A DNA stretch of 64,000 nucleotides, from the NCBI RefSeq assembly GCF_049075655.1, contig NZ_CP157522.1, positions 1,408,001 through 1,472,000 on the forward strand, given 5' to 3'. The position numbers and the translations under genes were made by a program. This document shows, piece by piece, positions 31,141 through 43,819 of the stretch (position 1 is the stretch's first letter; every line of letters starts with the position of its first letter). Origin of the DNA: Methanothermococcus sp. Ax23. Lineage in GTDB: Archaea > AGJL01 > Methanococci > Methanococcales > Methanococcaceae. The notes beneath the pieces were generated by a model that saw only the letters and a list, made by a program, of their open reading frames with translations, did no database searches and was not told the DNA's origin.

Positions 31141-31797
31141 TTATTTCAAGAGCTCCCATATTTTCTTCAACTTAACAACATCAACTTGCCCAGGTGCCGA
31201 GCTCCTACCTTCCATAGATGAGAATGTTAAAATGCTACCAAAATCAACCCCTAAAATTCTTGTTAATTTGCCCTCTTCACCCATACCTATACCTATTATT
31301 TTGCCTTCAAACTCATTTACAATCCTTAAAATATTCAAAACATCCTTTTTTGATTTCGCCATTGTGGCAAACTTTGCAATATCTCCTATTTCAAGTTCTC
31401 TTTTAACGATTTGTAGGAGCTCACCATAATCTGGTGTTTTTTCAAAATCGTGATACGATACGATAATTTTAGTTTCTGAGTTTATGCTGTTTCTAAATTC
31501 AACAAGTTCCTTATTTTTTTCTTCTTTTAATTCAATATCTATGAATTTTACATTATTTTCAATTGCCGTTTTATATAATTCCATCCTTTTGTCGTTATCT
31601 CCGGTATATTCTCCTCCTTCCCAATCTGCCCTTATTGTGATAATTGACGGATATTTTGCCATTTTTGCTATGTCCTCTTTATCTACGCTTTCAAGCATAT
31701 CAACTCTAAATTCCACAATATCGGCAACTTTTAAGGCATTTTCTGCACTTTTTAAAGCATCATCCACATTTTTATCAATTACTGGAATGCAAATCAT
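31141..31797 (-). CDS. aroD: Type I 3-dehydroquinate dehydratase
   Basis: [34 protein letters not shown]. Confidence 0.95.
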   Translation of the reverse strand: MICIPVIDKNVDDALKSAENALKVADIVEFRVDMLESVDKEDIAKMAKYPSIITIRADWEGGEYTGDNDKRMELYKTAIENNVKFIDIELKEEKNKELVEFRNSINSETKIIVSYHDFEKTPDYGELLQIVKRELEIGDIAKFATMAKSKKDVLNILRIVNEFEGKIIGIGMGEEGKLTRILGVDFGSILTFSSMEGRSSAPGQVDVVKLKKIWELLK

Positions 31798-32734
31798 GAT
31801 TATCGCCTCTTTCAGTTAATATATTTTTTAGACCGTTCAATCCAAGAACATAATCAACATCCTTATATTTATCAAACAACACATACATTGGGATATTATT
31901 TATTTCTACTATTTTTTTATTTCCCTTTTTTATAATTTTAACTCGCTCGTAGGGGTGAAAAGTGCCATCTATCTTGATACCATTTTGGTAAAATCTCAAT
32001 TTTGTTGGAATTAATTCAATAATGATGAACAAAAATATTCCATATATCAAAAGAATATACACGCACGTTGGAATAGTTATATATTTATTTAATTGAAGGA
32101 AAAATGCCGTTTAAAACTGTTTAGTTTTTTGTGAGTATTTGTAAGTGTATAGGGGCATTTAGTTTTCGAAATGTTTATATAGTATTTTCATGCATAGTTT
32201 ATAGTGTCAATCTAATCAACCCCAAGACTTTCCTAAACCTCTTTTAAACACATTAAAACAACCAAAATTATCAAATTATTAGGCGGAGTTGGGGTTCCCG
32301 TGACTGGGGTGAAGGTCGATGATTTACTCTCCGATGAACCCAGAGGAGAGTTGAGATTGATGACGCCCAAGTTCAATGTGAGCATTTACTCACCAACGCT
32401 CACATTGGACAGACCCCATAATTATACCCATGCCAATTAATAGAAAAAATCTTAATATATAAAATTTTAATGGATAAAATACCCATTTTTCCTTTAAAAA
32501 TTTCCCTTCATGGATTTTATGGAGTTCTTTTTTAAATATTTTTTCAATAATTGATTTACTAATTACATACGACAGTCCAAATAAAAAAACTATAAGAAAT
32601 AAAGTAAATAGCCAATAATTGTATGATGACGCAGATATTATCCACAATCCACTAATAAAGGTCATTATTCGGATTGTGAAATCTGCATATTTATCTAAAT
32701 TACACCGTTTTAAATAGTAAAATAACCTCCCCAT
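31775..32734 (-). pseudogene. Membrane-protein gene split by the 306-bp element
   Basis: Removing 32108-32413 fuses the 114-aa and 95-aa ORFs in frame: IIMG|AFFLQLNKYITIPTCVYILL. Confidence 0.8.
32108..32413 (+). mobile_element. Family-2 306-bp non-autonomous element, probably IS607-derived (copy 2)
   Basis: Same length and ends as 10969-11274; first ~160 bp near identical. Confidence 0.8.
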
Positions 32735-32755
32735 TATTTCACCCTTCTTTTTATT

Positions 32756-35110
32756 TTATTTCTCATACTTTTCTGTAAGAACTGCTTTTATCTTTTTCGC
32801 TGTTATTTTTCCTACTCCCTCTACTTCCATGAGCTCATCCTCAGAAGCATTCACAATGTTTTCAATAGTGCCAAATTTCATAAGTAAATTTTCAGCAGTC
32901 AGAGCTCCTACATCTGGGAAACTCTCAACTATAAATCTCTGCCTTTCTTTTAAAGACATCGGTTTTTTTCCTGTTCTTATGGCTATTGTTCGTTTAGTCC
33001 TTAATTGCTCCCTTTCAGCCATTTTTACCAATATATTTGCTGTCTCCTCTGCATCCTTTGAAAACATTACTGGAATATTAAAATCGAGCATTATGGAAAT
33101 TACCGCACCATTTACTATTTTTTCAGATAATCGGAAATAATTGTCCCCTTCTATGATTAAAATAGGTCTTTCATATTTTTTCAAATCCTTCAATTGTTTG
33201 AATAATCTTTTATCTATTATAGAGCTCTCAAAATCCTCTGCGGTTTTTCGTTCTACAATTACCCTATCGCTTAGTATATAGTCCCCATTTTCAAGATTTT
33301 TGAATTCCAGCTCTGCTTTATCGAATAAATACCTACTTACAATTTTTTCTCTGTTATCCACCACTATTTTTATAGGTTTTTGAGCATTTGTATTTTTAAT
33401 TTCAAATTCCGTATTTTTTAAATCTTCTTTTTTATCCCCTTCACATTTAATTTTTTCTTCTTTTTCTTCATCTCCTTTAATTTCTTCCTTAATTATATTA
33501 TCTTCTTTTTCTTTTTTCTCTTTTTTATCTTCCCCATTTTCTTTATTTAAAAGATAATCAAGTGTATTTTTATCCTCAATAATGTATTTATCCCTGTTCC
33601 GTTCTTCAAGTTTTTCATTTAATATTCTTTGCATATCCTTTAAAAGACGCTTCATTTTTCTTTCCTTATTTATCGCAGACCAATAATATCCTTCATCCCT
33701 GCTATCCTTTGTAATTAGAATAATGCACTCTCCACCTTCACCTCTCGAAGCTCTACCCCTTCTCTGTATAAACCTTACCTCAGAAGGCACAGGCTCGTAG
33801 AATATTACATAATTTACGCTCATAATGTCAATACCTTCCTCAGATACGCTGGTGGATACTAAAACATTTATATTGTCGTCATTTTTGAATTTTTCAACTG
33901 CCTCAACCTGTTTCTTTTGAGACATCCCTTTTCCATCCTTATTCGACTGCCCAACAAATGGTATTGCATTTATTCCCTTTGAATTAAGAACATTTACAAT
34001 TTTATCAACCGTATCCCTATACTGTGCAAATATAATTATTTTTTCTTTATTTCCGCTTTCATTATTTTTATTTAAAATATTATTTACAATCTCAATGAGT
34101 TTTTCCATCTTTGGATGCTCAATTTCGGAAGTCCTTAGCTTATACACTGCCTTTAAAACCTTGGCATCCCTTACAATAGCCTTTGCAGATTTTGTATTTT
34201 GACTTCCCAATCTTTCATAGTAGTTTAAAAATGCCTCCTTCCCTTGACATTCCAATGTCTCAATGGCATAATCCAGTTTTATAGCCTCGGAAGCTATTTT
34301 TATGAGCTCATACTTTGAACTATCGGGAATTGTCATAATTTTCTTTTGAAGCATTAGGAGCTCCGATTTATTTACATTCATAGAGTAAATTATTTTATTA
34401 TCTCTCAGCACTTTCAACCTTTCTTTAAAGGCATTTTTAAGTAAATTAATACATTCCCCATATTCCTTTGGGAGCTCCACTTTTACAGGTCTAAGTTTAA
34501 CAGTTTTTATATACTCCCTTACATCTGCATCATCGTAGGTTCTTATTTCCACATGCTCGATTCCCAAATTTTCGCATATTTCAAGTATCTTATCAATATT
34601 TGACCCGGGGGAAGCAGTTAATCCAAGAACATGTGCCTTATTTCTGAATACCGATGCTACAAATGTATAGGAATGGTTTCCAGTTGTATGGTGTGCCTCA
34701 TCTGCAATAAGAAGCACAAAATCATCGGTATTAATTCTATTTGCTACAATATCGTTTTCCACAATCTGCGGAGTGGCAATAAATATCTTTCCTTCTTCCC
34801 AAAGCTTTTTCCTCTTTGTTGGTGCTATTTTTCCAGTTAAAATTATTATTTTATCCTCATCAATATTTAAAAAAGTTTTTAAACTGTTGTAATGCTGTTC
34901 CACCAATGGACGAGACGGAGCAACAATTAAAACCTTCCCATCCTTTTTTGAAAGCATTCCCGCAATTGTTAGAGTAGCAACCGCAGTTTTTCCAAGTCCA
35001 GTCCCCAAAACACATAGAGTGTTCTTTTTTAAAGCATTTGCCACAATTATTTGCTGATATAATCGTGATTCCATGGTGTTTGGTTTTATAAGTGGGTGAT
35101 TGATATACAT
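32756..35110 (-). CDS. hef: Hef helicase/ERCC4 nuclease
   Basis: TGLGKT, DEAHH, TASP, QRRGR, VERKT nuclease motif, C-terminal HhH. Confidence 0.93.
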   Translation of the reverse strand: MYINHPLIKPNTMESRLYQQIIVANALKKNTLCVLGTGLGKTAVATLTIAGMLSKKDGKVLIVAPSRPLVEQHYNSLKTFLNIDEDKIIILTGKIAPTKRKKLWEEGKIFIATPQIVENDIVANRINTDDFVLLIADEAHHTTGNHSYTFVASVFRNKAHVLGLTASPGSNIDKILEICENLGIEHVEIRTYDDADVREYIKTVKLRPVKVELPKEYGECINLLKNAFKERLKVLRDNKIIYSMNVNKSELLMLQKKIMTIPDSSKYELIKIASEAIKLDYAIETLECQGKEAFLNYYERLGSQNTKSAKAIVRDAKVLKAVYKLRTSEIEHPKMEKLIEIVNNILNKNNESGNKEKIIIFAQYRDTVDKIVNVLNSKGINAIPFVGQSNKDGKGMSQKKQVEAVEKFKNDDNINVLVSTSVSEEGIDIMSVNYVIFYEPVPSEVRFIQRRGRASRGEGGECIILITKDSRDEGYYWSAINKERKMKRLLKDMQRILNEKLEERNRDKYIIEDKNTLDYLLNKENGEDKKEKKEKEDNIIKEEIKGDEEKEEKIKCEGDKKEDLKNTEFEIKNTNAQKPIKIVVDNREKIVSRYLFDKAELEFKNLENGDYILSDRVIVERKTAEDFESSIIDKRLFKQLKDLKKYERPILIIEGDNYFRLSEKIVNGAVISIMLDFNIPVMFSKDAEETANILVKMAEREQLRTKRTIAIRTGKKPMSLKERQRFIVESFPDVGALTAENLLMKFGTIENIVNASEDELMEVEGVGKITAKKIKAVLTEKYEK

Positions 35111-35148
35111 GAGCTCACCAAGGTATAATAATATCATAAGTATAATTA

Positions 35149-35589
35149 TTATAAATCAACAATATACTTTATAACATACTCATCATTTTCCTTTTTAATT
35201 TCCATTTTATGGTATGTAATTGCCTTTACCTCTTCCTTAGGTTCGTGCTTTTCTTTATCCAGTTCTTCGCCGTAAGCTACGCATTTTAAAATATATTCTT
35301 CTTCATTTTCATTTTCCGTTCTGTTTTTTTTATGTATTTTAATATCAAAATCTGAGAATATTAAATACTCGCTGTCCAAGATTATTAGGAGCTCCGTTAA
35401 AAAATCATAAAGCAAACTGTATAAATCCTCTGAACTGATTTCAATTTCCCTTTTAATTCTTTTTTCAACAGTACCTATATTTACCATTAGATTAGATAGT
35501 GCTTTTGCAGATTCCTCAAATGCCTCTTCAAGTGTTTTTCCTCTGGCAATAACGCCCATATCTGCCATAGTTTCAAAGTATTCAAACAT
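35149..35589 (-). CDS. Archease
   Basis: [20 protein letters not shown]-terminus. Confidence 0.93.
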   Translation of the reverse strand: MFEYFETMADMGVIARGKTLEEAFEESAKALSNLMVNIGTVEKRIKREIEISSEDLYSLLYDFLTELLIILDSEYLIFSDFDIKIHKKNRTENENEEEYILKCVAYGEELDKEKHEPKEEVKAITYHKMEIKKENDEYVIKYIVDL

Positions 35590-35593
35590 TTTT

Positions 35594-36640
35594 TCACCTA
35601 TATTGTGCTATATTTATCATATCGCATTTTATTAAATATCCCTTGCAGTTATTTTTATTATATTCCAAAATATCAAATTTCACATCTAAAAAGCTTTCAA
35701 CAACATATATATTTGTTAAAGTATGGTTTGTAATCTCCGAAACTCCAACGGTAGATTTGGAATAATATAAAAAAGGTATTATCTGGTCTCCCATGTATTT
35801 ATCAAGTGCCATACCAGTTTTCAACTCCTTTAAAAGATTTTCTACCGCAATCTTTCCAACCATCTCAGACCTTAAACCCTTCTCGCCTAAACAGTGAGCT
35901 CCTATTGTTCCACATTTTAAAAATATCCCAACACCAGTGGAAAGACCTTTTGTATTTTCTATTTTTATATTTGGTGTAAATTTATTCTTCATAAGCAAAT
36001 CTATTGCTGATTTTCTAATTCTTCTTGGAATATTCCCATCCAAATTCTGATTAAAAACTATCCCTTCCACAAATTTGCTTTTATCGTGTTCTATTAAATC
36101 CACAGATTTTAATGTTGAAGGATTTAGTTTTAATTTAACTTCCCCGCCCCCTTCTGGATAGAATCCCCTTTTAATTATATCAATACTACCACAGTATCCC
36201 ATTTTACCCAAAATATCCAGTGTAATACTTTTAATATAGTCAATTGGCGGAGCATTTTTCACATCAGTTCCACCTTTTATGGTTATATTTACTGGCTTAT
36301 CTATTACAAGACCCAAAGGCAAAAGTGTTTGGATTACCAAAGAAACACTACCGGCTGTTCCAACATCTAATTTAAAATCTTTTGGAGATATTTTTTTAGG
36401 ATAAAATTCCAATGTCTCAGAACCTACTTTTAATCCTTCTACCTCAGCATTGCACAGTTTTTTAACTGCCTTAACACATGCAACATGTTGATGAGCAAGC
36501 CCCGCATTTCTTCGTTTTTTTCTTATATTTGCTATTTTAACTGGCTTTTGTGTTATTGCAGATAATGAAACCGCTGTTCTAACAATTTGACCGCCACCTT
36601 CTAAATAACTACCATCAATAATAACCACGTCTTTATTCAA
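35594..36640 (-). CDS. rtcA: RNA 3'-terminal phosphate cyclase
   Basis: [34 protein letters not shown]. Confidence 0.95.
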   Translation of the reverse strand: MNKDVVIIDGSYLEGGGQIVRTAVSLSAITQKPVKIANIRKKRRNAGLAHQHVACVKAVKKLCNAEVEGLKVGSETLEFYPKKISPKDFKLDVGTAGSVSLVIQTLLPLGLVIDKPVNITIKGGTDVKNAPPIDYIKSITLDILGKMGYCGSIDIIKRGFYPEGGGEVKLKLNPSTLKSVDLIEHDKSKFVEGIVFNQNLDGNIPRRIRKSAIDLLMKNKFTPNIKIENTKGLSTGVGIFLKCGTIGAHCLGEKGLRSEMVGKIAVENLLKELKTGMALDKYMGDQIIPFLYYSKSTVGVSEITNHTLTNIYVVESFLDVKFDILEYNKNNCKGYLIKCDMINIAQYR

Positions 36641-36686
36641 AAAATCACCTTAATAATGTATATCTTAATATTTCATAATATTCTTT

Positions 36687-37112
36687 CTAATCATCTTTTT
36701 TCAATAATCTTTTTATTATAAAGCTAATGGTATCGAGCTCATCATTAGATATTTCCTCAGATTTTATAACATTTAAAATTTTATGAATTTTTAAATAATT
36801 TTTCTTATAAACTTCAAAAATTTTTTCAGAGTTTTCCGTCAATTTATAAATCTTTTTTTCTTTTCCTGTTTTTGTTTTTTCAATAGATTTAACCTCTAAA
36901 CAATTTAATTTTTTTAGTTCCTTTAATGCATTACTTATGGTTTGTTCTTTGACATAATGAGCATAATGATTTTCAATATCAATAGATTTTAGATTTTTAA
37001 TATTTTGATTGAGTTTTTTTGTAATATTGTATATGGTTAATTCATCCCCTTTATTGCCAAGAGTCAGTATATATTCCATTATTTTTAATTTATCATGAAC
37101 TTTTTTTGGCAT
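36687..37112 (-). CDS. Putative winged-helix DNA-binding protein
   Basis: TISNALKELKKLNCL...KKIYKLTE pattern; GGGAGA RBS. Confidence 0.6.
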   Translation of the reverse strand: MPKKVHDKLKIMEYILTLGNKGDELTIYNITKKLNQNIKNLKSIDIENHYAHYVKEQTISNALKELKKLNCLEVKSIEKTKTGKEKKIYKLTENSEKIFEVYKKNYLKIHKILNVIKSEEISNDELDTISFIIKRLLKKDD

Positions 37113-37224
37113 TACCTATCTCCCCTTTTAAAATAAACTTCAAAATAAAATGCTGGATTTTTTGAATATGTCTTTATATATTTCATAAGTTTAGTATATG
37201 TTAGAACTTAAAAGGGGTGAGACA

Positions 37225-37263
37225 GTGGCAGCTCCAAGAAAACCAAAAAATCCAAAAAAATAA
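37225..37263 (+). CDS. Candidate 12-aa basic peptide MAAPRKPKNPKK
   Basis: GGGGTGA RBS 4 nt before GTG; no homology evidence. Confidence 0.25.
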   Translation: MAAPRKPKNPKK

Positions 37264-37283
37264 TTATTAATCTTTAAATTACT

Positions 37284-38568
<1,285 letters not shown>

Positions 38569-38577
38569 TATTTCACT

Positions 38578-39432
38578 TTATATTTTGTTAAGATAGATAT
38601 CTGTTGTAGTCATAGGGATAAATCCATAATTATTAGAATGGACAATACATTTTTCTGACATTTTTTCATCATTCACATAATCCAATGTAAGAACGATAAT
38701 ACCATATTTATCTTTTAAGTATTTTAAGTTATTTGCTTGATTATTAACCCATTTTAAATCGTTATTTTCCCAGAAGTGTGCTTTTTTGTGTTTAAAATCA
38801 TAAGTTGTAGTAAAATCCTCAAACAATACTCCATTAATATATGGTGCGGTTTTATCCACAATTTCAAATCCCCTATTTTGTATAATTATTAAATTTGGAT
38901 TTTTTTCCCTAATCTCCTTAATTAATAAAATCGTTTCATCATTTTGATTTGAATATATTGCACTATCTACTGTATCTAAGAATACTCCATCGAATCCCAT
39001 ATTTTTAAACTTTGTGATTTCGTTCAATAGTATATTATGCCATTTTGGTGATTTAATATTTATATAATAAGAACCCCAATTTTGATTTTTTCCTATTGAT
39101 ATATCTTTAACATCATTATAATATGGACGAGATTTGCTAACTTCACCAATACTTAAATATGCAATAACTTTTATGTTTGGATTTAATGATTTTAATTTTT
39201 GAATGTCATCTTTTTTATAATTATATGGTTCAATAATAATTAAATCATATTTTGAAAGTTTTTCTATATTGTTTGAGCCATAATAAACCCAAAAATTGTT
39301 GATATTTAAGTTATTTTTTATATTTGGTTTATCATTAGTTCCATCATTTGTATCATAGATAGTATCTTTTGAATTATTTAAACATCCACAAAATAAAACT
39401 AAAAATAAAAAAATAGGTATGATTTTTTTCAT
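38578..39432 (-). CDS. Endo-alpha-1,4-polygalactosaminidase-like (GH114/GH166, PelA-like) lipoprotein
   Basis: Lipobox FCGC; IAYLSIGE, GFDGVFLDTVD, QNRGF, LFED, LTLDY. Confidence 0.85.
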   Translation of the reverse strand: MKKIIPIFLFLVLFCGCLNNSKDTIYDTNDGTNDKPNIKNNLNINNFWVYYGSNNIEKLSKYDLIIIEPYNYKKDDIQKLKSLNPNIKVIAYLSIGEVSKSRPYYNDVKDISIGKNQNWGSYYINIKSPKWHNILLNEITKFKNMGFDGVFLDTVDSAIYSNQNDETILLIKEIREKNPNLIIIQNRGFEIVDKTAPYINGVLFEDFTTTYDFKHKKAHFWENNDLKWVNNQANNLKYLKDKYGIIVLTLDYVNDEKMSEKCIVHSNNYGFIPMTTTDIYLNKI

Positions 39433-39965
39433 TTTCCCACCCTTTTTAAAGTGAGTAATGGGATTGTTATTAATGTTATAATTAAAGCACTTAATGGAAT
39501 TGGAGTTTTCGCTGTTTGATTAGATTCCGTTTGATGAGAACCAAAATCTGATTCTAAAATTCCTCCAAAATGCATTAATTCGCCATCTTCATCCCCCCAC
39601 TGATCATTTGCGGGATTATAACCTACATTGGAAGGATGTTCTCCCGAAGCATTAAATAACTCTGCATTGTATTTTACTGATTTATATCCGTTTATAGTTG
39701 TAACATTGGTATATATTCCATAACTGCCCCCTTCAAGTTTAGCCCAAATTGTAAATCTTGCATAAGGAGTTTCTTTTATGATTGGATTATCCTTAGTGTT
39801 ATCTTTCCATACTTTAACTGAAAAGTTATATGGGGATGATAAAGATGTCCAATTTGCCTCAGTAATTGAATACTTAATAGTTACATCTGCATAACTTTGA
39901 GATATAAAGGCAATTACCAATATCGAAAAAATAATGGATGAAAGTTTATAGTTTCGCATAACCAT
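39429..39965 (-). CDS. Secreted protein with PIP-CTERM sorting signal
   Basis: Signal peptide; C-terminal KTPIP + hydrophobic helix + KRVGK. Confidence 0.8.
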   Translation of the reverse strand: MVMRNYKLSSIIFSILVIAFISQSYADVTIKYSITEANWTSLSSPYNFSVKVWKDNTKDNPIIKETPYARFTIWAKLEGGSYGIYTNVTTINGYKSVKYNAELFNASGEHPSNVGYNPANDQWGDEDGELMHFGGILESDFGSHQTESNQTAKTPIPLSALIITLITIPLLTLKRVGK

Positions 39966-40027
39966 CTCCCTGTGTTATTTACGCTTATATTTTTATAGCA
40001 ACTAATATTTAATTTTTTTTTAATTTT

Positions 40028-40993
40028 TTAAATTTTCCATTTATGAACATATCCCCCAAATTTAAATTCATCACTATCGATATAATGCCCATCATCTATT
40101 ACTTTTCCAATTTTTATAGATTTGGTGCTTAGCTTCCGGAGCTCATCCTCAACATCATTATATTTTTTAGTTGTAAATAGGAGCTCGAACTCTTCACCAC
40201 TATTTAAAGCAACATCTATTGGATTTAAATCAAATCTATCGCAAAATTCCATCACATCCTTTGGGAGAGTATTTAAAAGTTTTTTTGATGAGATTTCAAA
40301 GTTCCCAACATAGTATAAATCCTTTCCAAGACCATCAGATATATCACAGCAGGAATTAACATATTTATTTATGGCAATCCCCTCTTTAACCCTTGCTCTT
40401 GGTTCAGATAATTTTTTTATAATATCCGAATATTCATTTAAAAGATTTTTAAAAACCCTTTTATTAATTATTCCTTTATTCTTCATTTCAATGATTTTCA
40501 ATGCACAATAAACCCTTCCAACATCGTTTGTAATCGCTATATCGTCCCCCACTTCACCACCTCTATATATTGGATTATCTGTAATTCCAAAGGCAGTCCC
40601 ACATAATGCCAGTTCTTTTGATTTATTCGTATCTCCTCCAACAACGGGGCATTCATATTCTTTTGCTATGAAATCCATCCCCTTTGTAAGTTCTTCTATA
40701 AATTCCTTTTTTGGATGATTAAAACCCATTGAGACTACAATTCCCAATGGTTTAGCACACATTGCCGCTATATCTGATACATTTGCCGTAATTACCCTCA
40801 TACCAATTTGGAATGGTGTTAAAATCTCTGGAAAATGTGTGGATTTAAACATCATATCCGTTGTAATTGTTAAATACTGATTTCCCAATTTAAAAACCGC
40901 ACAATCATCCCCAATGGTTTTTACTGCCTTTCCAGTATATTTTAAATTACTATATATTGTTTTTATGATATCCAGTTCATTCATTATATCCAT
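40028..40993 (-). CDS. thiL: Thiamine-monophosphate kinase
   Basis: IGDDCA, NVSDIAAM, GGDT, DISDGL, GEEFELL. Confidence 0.95.
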   Translation of the reverse strand: MDIMNELDIIKTIYSNLKYTGKAVKTIGDDCAVFKLGNQYLTITTDMMFKSTHFPEILTPFQIGMRVITANVSDIAAMCAKPLGIVVSMGFNHPKKEFIEELTKGMDFIAKEYECPVVGGDTNKSKELALCGTAFGITDNPIYRGGEVGDDIAITNDVGRVYCALKIIEMKNKGIINKRVFKNLLNEYSDIIKKLSEPRARVKEGIAINKYVNSCCDISDGLGKDLYYVGNFEISSKKLLNTLPKDVMEFCDRFDLNPIDVALNSGEEFELLFTTKKYNDVEDELRKLSTKSIKIGKVIDDGHYIDSDEFKFGGYVHKWKI

Positions 40994-41070
40994 GAGCTCA
41001 CCTAAATTTTAAATCATCTAAATTTTAAATTTTCAATAACTATATATATTAGTAATACATAATATATTTT

Positions 41071-41128
41071 GGTGGATGATGACCGGAGTAGCTTCTGATT
41101 TATGATGATAGATGGGCGAGCTGACACC
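41071..41128 (+). ncRNA. C/D-box methylation guide sRNA
   Basis: GGTG-gATGATGA-12nt-CTGA-ttt-ATGATGA-12nt-CTGA-CACC; upstream TATA run, downstream T-tract. Confidence 0.92.
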
Positions 41129-41234
41129 GCTTTTTTTAAAAGATTTAATTTTAATTTATAACTTTATAATGACTTTTATTTAGATTAATTTATTTAATTA
41201 TAATAGTTATAATAATTATGATTTTGTGGTATTT

Positions 41235-42560
41235 ATGAAAAATGTGGCACTAATTTATCCAAACAAATTTAAAGGGGGCATCTCTTGTTTAGCAATGCAT
41301 ATTTTACACCACCATTTAAATAAATACCATGATATAAACTGCAATATGTATTTTATCGAGAATTACAACGAAATAAAGAATAAAGATGCTATAATTATCA
41401 CCTTGCAATATGAAAACGATTATTTTAATGTGGTTAAAATAATAGCTGAATTAAGGCAAAAAAACCCAAATGCTGTTTTTATAGGCGGCGGTCCATGTGC
41501 AATTGCCAATCCTCTGCCATTGAGTAGTTTTTTTGATGCCTTTGTAATTGGTGAGATTGAAGACACAGACATAATGTATGAGCTCATCCATAAAAAAACC
41601 GATTTAGATGGTGTTTATTATCCAAAACTTGATGGGACAGATAGGGAAGATTTTAGGAAAATAAAGAGAATTTATCCAAAAAAAATTACAATAGATGATT
41701 ACCCAATAAATCAATTTACCCATCCATCTGGTGCATATGGGGATGCTTTTTTGTTGGAGATTGGAAGGGGATGCCCAAGAAGATGCAAGTTTTGCATGGC
41801 AAAAAACATATACTACCCACCAAGATTTAGAAAACTTGACGATTTAAAGTATCTTGTCGATGAAGGACTAAAACACACAAAAACAAATAAAATTGCGTTA
41901 ATATCCCCATCTGTTGGGGATTATAAATATATAATTGATTTATGCCAGCATATAAAGGAAAAGAATGAGAACATTTCAATATCTCCATCATCACTAAGGG
42001 CAGACACTATAAAGGATGAGCTCCTAAAAATCCTTAACCTTAAAACCCTTACAATAGCACCAGAAGCTGGGAGCGAGAGATTAAGGGAATATATAAAAAA
42101 GGATATATCAAATGATGATATCTTAAATGCCGTGGAAATAGCAAAAAATAACAACATTGATAAGGTAAAATTATATTATATGGTTGGACTTCCAACAGAA
42201 ACCGAAGAAGATATCGAAGAGATAATAAATTTATCCAAGGACATTAAAAAGGATTTTAGGAAGGTAGAAATAAGCGTAAATCCATTTATACCAAAACCAC
42301 ATACTGAATTTGAAAACGAACCATTTAATTTAGAATCAAAAAATAGCATAAAATATATTGAAAAATCCTTAAAAAAATCCAATATAAAGGTAAATTATGA
42401 AAATTTCAACTCCATGATTATTCAATGCGTTTTGTGTCGTGGTGGTGCTGAGCTCGGGGATTTAATAGAAATAGAAAATTATAATAAACCTGTGCAGTTT
42501 TTAAAGTATTTGAAAAAGAATGATATGTTGGAGAACTATCTAAGCAAATATGCGTTTTAG
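41235..42560 (+). CDS. B12-binding-like/radical SAM protein
   Basis: GRGCPRRCKFC, APEAGSERLR, YYMVGLP, FIPKPHT. Confidence 0.9.
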   Translation: MKNVALIYPNKFKGGISCLAMHILHHHLNKYHDINCNMYFIENYNEIKNKDAIIITLQYENDYFNVVKIIAELRQKNPNAVFIGGGPCAIANPLPLSSFFDAFVIGEIEDTDIMYELIHKKTDLDGVYYPKLDGTDREDFRKIKRIYPKKITIDDYPINQFTHPSGAYGDAFLLEIGRGCPRRCKFCMAKNIYYPPRFRKLDDLKYLVDEGLKHTKTNKIALISPSVGDYKYIIDLCQHIKEKNENISISPSSLRADTIKDELLKILNLKTLTIAPEAGSERLREYIKKDISNDDILNAVEIAKNNNIDKVKLYYMVGLPTETEEDIEEIINLSKDIKKDFRKVEISVNPFIPKPHTEFENEPFNLESKNSIKYIEKSLKKSNIKVNYENFNSMIIQCVLCRGGAELGDLIEIENYNKPVQFLKYLKKNDMLENYLSKYAF

Positions 42561-42574
42561 TCAATTAGTCTTAA

Positions 42575-43819
42575 TTATCTACTACCCTTTATAATCTTAA
42601 TTATCTTTTTTAAGTTAATCGATTCATCGTAAATCAGAGCTCCGATTCTAAATAGTTTCACAGAAATAATAAATGACAGCACCGAAAATATAAGCATAAC
42701 TCCCATAGATGCCAAAACCTCCCAGAGCTCTACATGAGTAATGGACATCCTCATCAACATTATTTGCGGAGCTGTAAATGGAACATAGGAGAGAACCTTT
42801 ACAATCCAATGATTAGGATTTGTAAATATGAGAGATAGCATCAATAGTGGTATCATCTGAATCATCAATATTGGGCTTATTATCTGTCCAGCATCCTTTG
42901 GATTTGTAAATAAAGATGCAATTCCACACAGGAGAGAAACATAGAACAGATATGCAAGTATAAAAAATATCACAGCAGAGAGCATTAAAGATAGTGGAAC
43001 ATTTATAGCATATATAAATATAATAGGAAGGGCAAACAACAGCCATATGGACATCTGAACAAATCCAAGAATGGATATTCCAAAAATCTTACCTATAATT
43101 ATGTTTTTAGCATTTGTAAAGGATAGTAGAACTTCCATTATACGGTGCTGTTTTTCCTCGATTATGCTGTTTATACTGAGTCCTGAAACTGATGTAATTG
43201 CAAGATACAGTAGCATAACAAACCCTATTGGCATCATTTGAGAGAATATGTTTTCCTTTTCCTCGCCTTCTTTGCTTATACTGTATATTTCAAGGTTTAA
43301 TGGTGATTTAACACGAATATATGTTTTATTATCTACTTTGTCTTTTAAAATATTTGCAAGCAGTATATCCCTCAGTGTTTCGGTAATTACTGGATTAACC
43401 GATTTTGATTTGGAATATACTGTTATTGTCCCATTATCTAAATAATCCTTTGGAATTATTATAAGAACATCTATTTTGCCATTTAATACATCGTTTTTGC
43501 CTTGTTCAATATTTTTATATTCTTTAAAACTTAATGTAATATTTTTTTGCTGAACAGCGTTGTATTTTATGGCATTATTTGGAATAGACACCCCAAAGTT
43601 ATCAATATATCCTATTTTTTGATTGGTTGCGTATGATGAAAAATAGGCACTAGCCAAGGTAATTGCTACAAATATTATGGGAATAAGCACAGTCATTATA
43701 ATAAATTGCTTCCTTTTTATGTTGCTTAGTATTTCGTGTTTTGCTATGGATTTTATCTTTGAAAAGTTTATTTTATTTTTATCGCCTTTATTACTACTTC
43801 CCATTATTCCACCCGCCAT
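42575..43819 (-). CDS. ABC-2 type permease (NatB-like)
   Basis: EEKQHRIMEVLL, GKIFG, TM topology. Confidence 0.88.
   Translation of the reverse strand: MAGGIMGSSNKGDKNKINFSKIKSIAKHEILSNIKRKQFIIMTVLIPIIFVAITLASAYFSSYATNQKIGYIDNFGVSIPNNAIKYNAVQQKNITLSFKEYKNIEQGKNDVLNGKIDVLIIIPKDYLDNGTITVYSKSKSVNPVITETLRDILLANILKDKVDNKTYIRVKSPLNLEIYSISKEGEEKENIFSQMMPIGFVMLLYLAITSVSGLSINSIIEEKQHRIMEVLLSFTNAKNIIIGKIFGISILGFVQMSIWLLFALPIIFIYAINVPLSLMLSAVIFFILAYLFYVSLLCGIASLFTNPKDAGQIISPILMIQMIPLLMLSLIFTNPNHWIVKVLSYVPFTAPQIMLMRMSITHVELWEVLASMGVMLIFSVLSFIISVKLFRIGALIYDESINLKKIIKIIKGSR

Noticed and set aside
32108-32413. Self-splicing intron (IStron) explaining frame restoration
   Set aside because: No recognisable group I core, and the structured part appears antisense to the host gene; DNA-level insertion without duplication explains it
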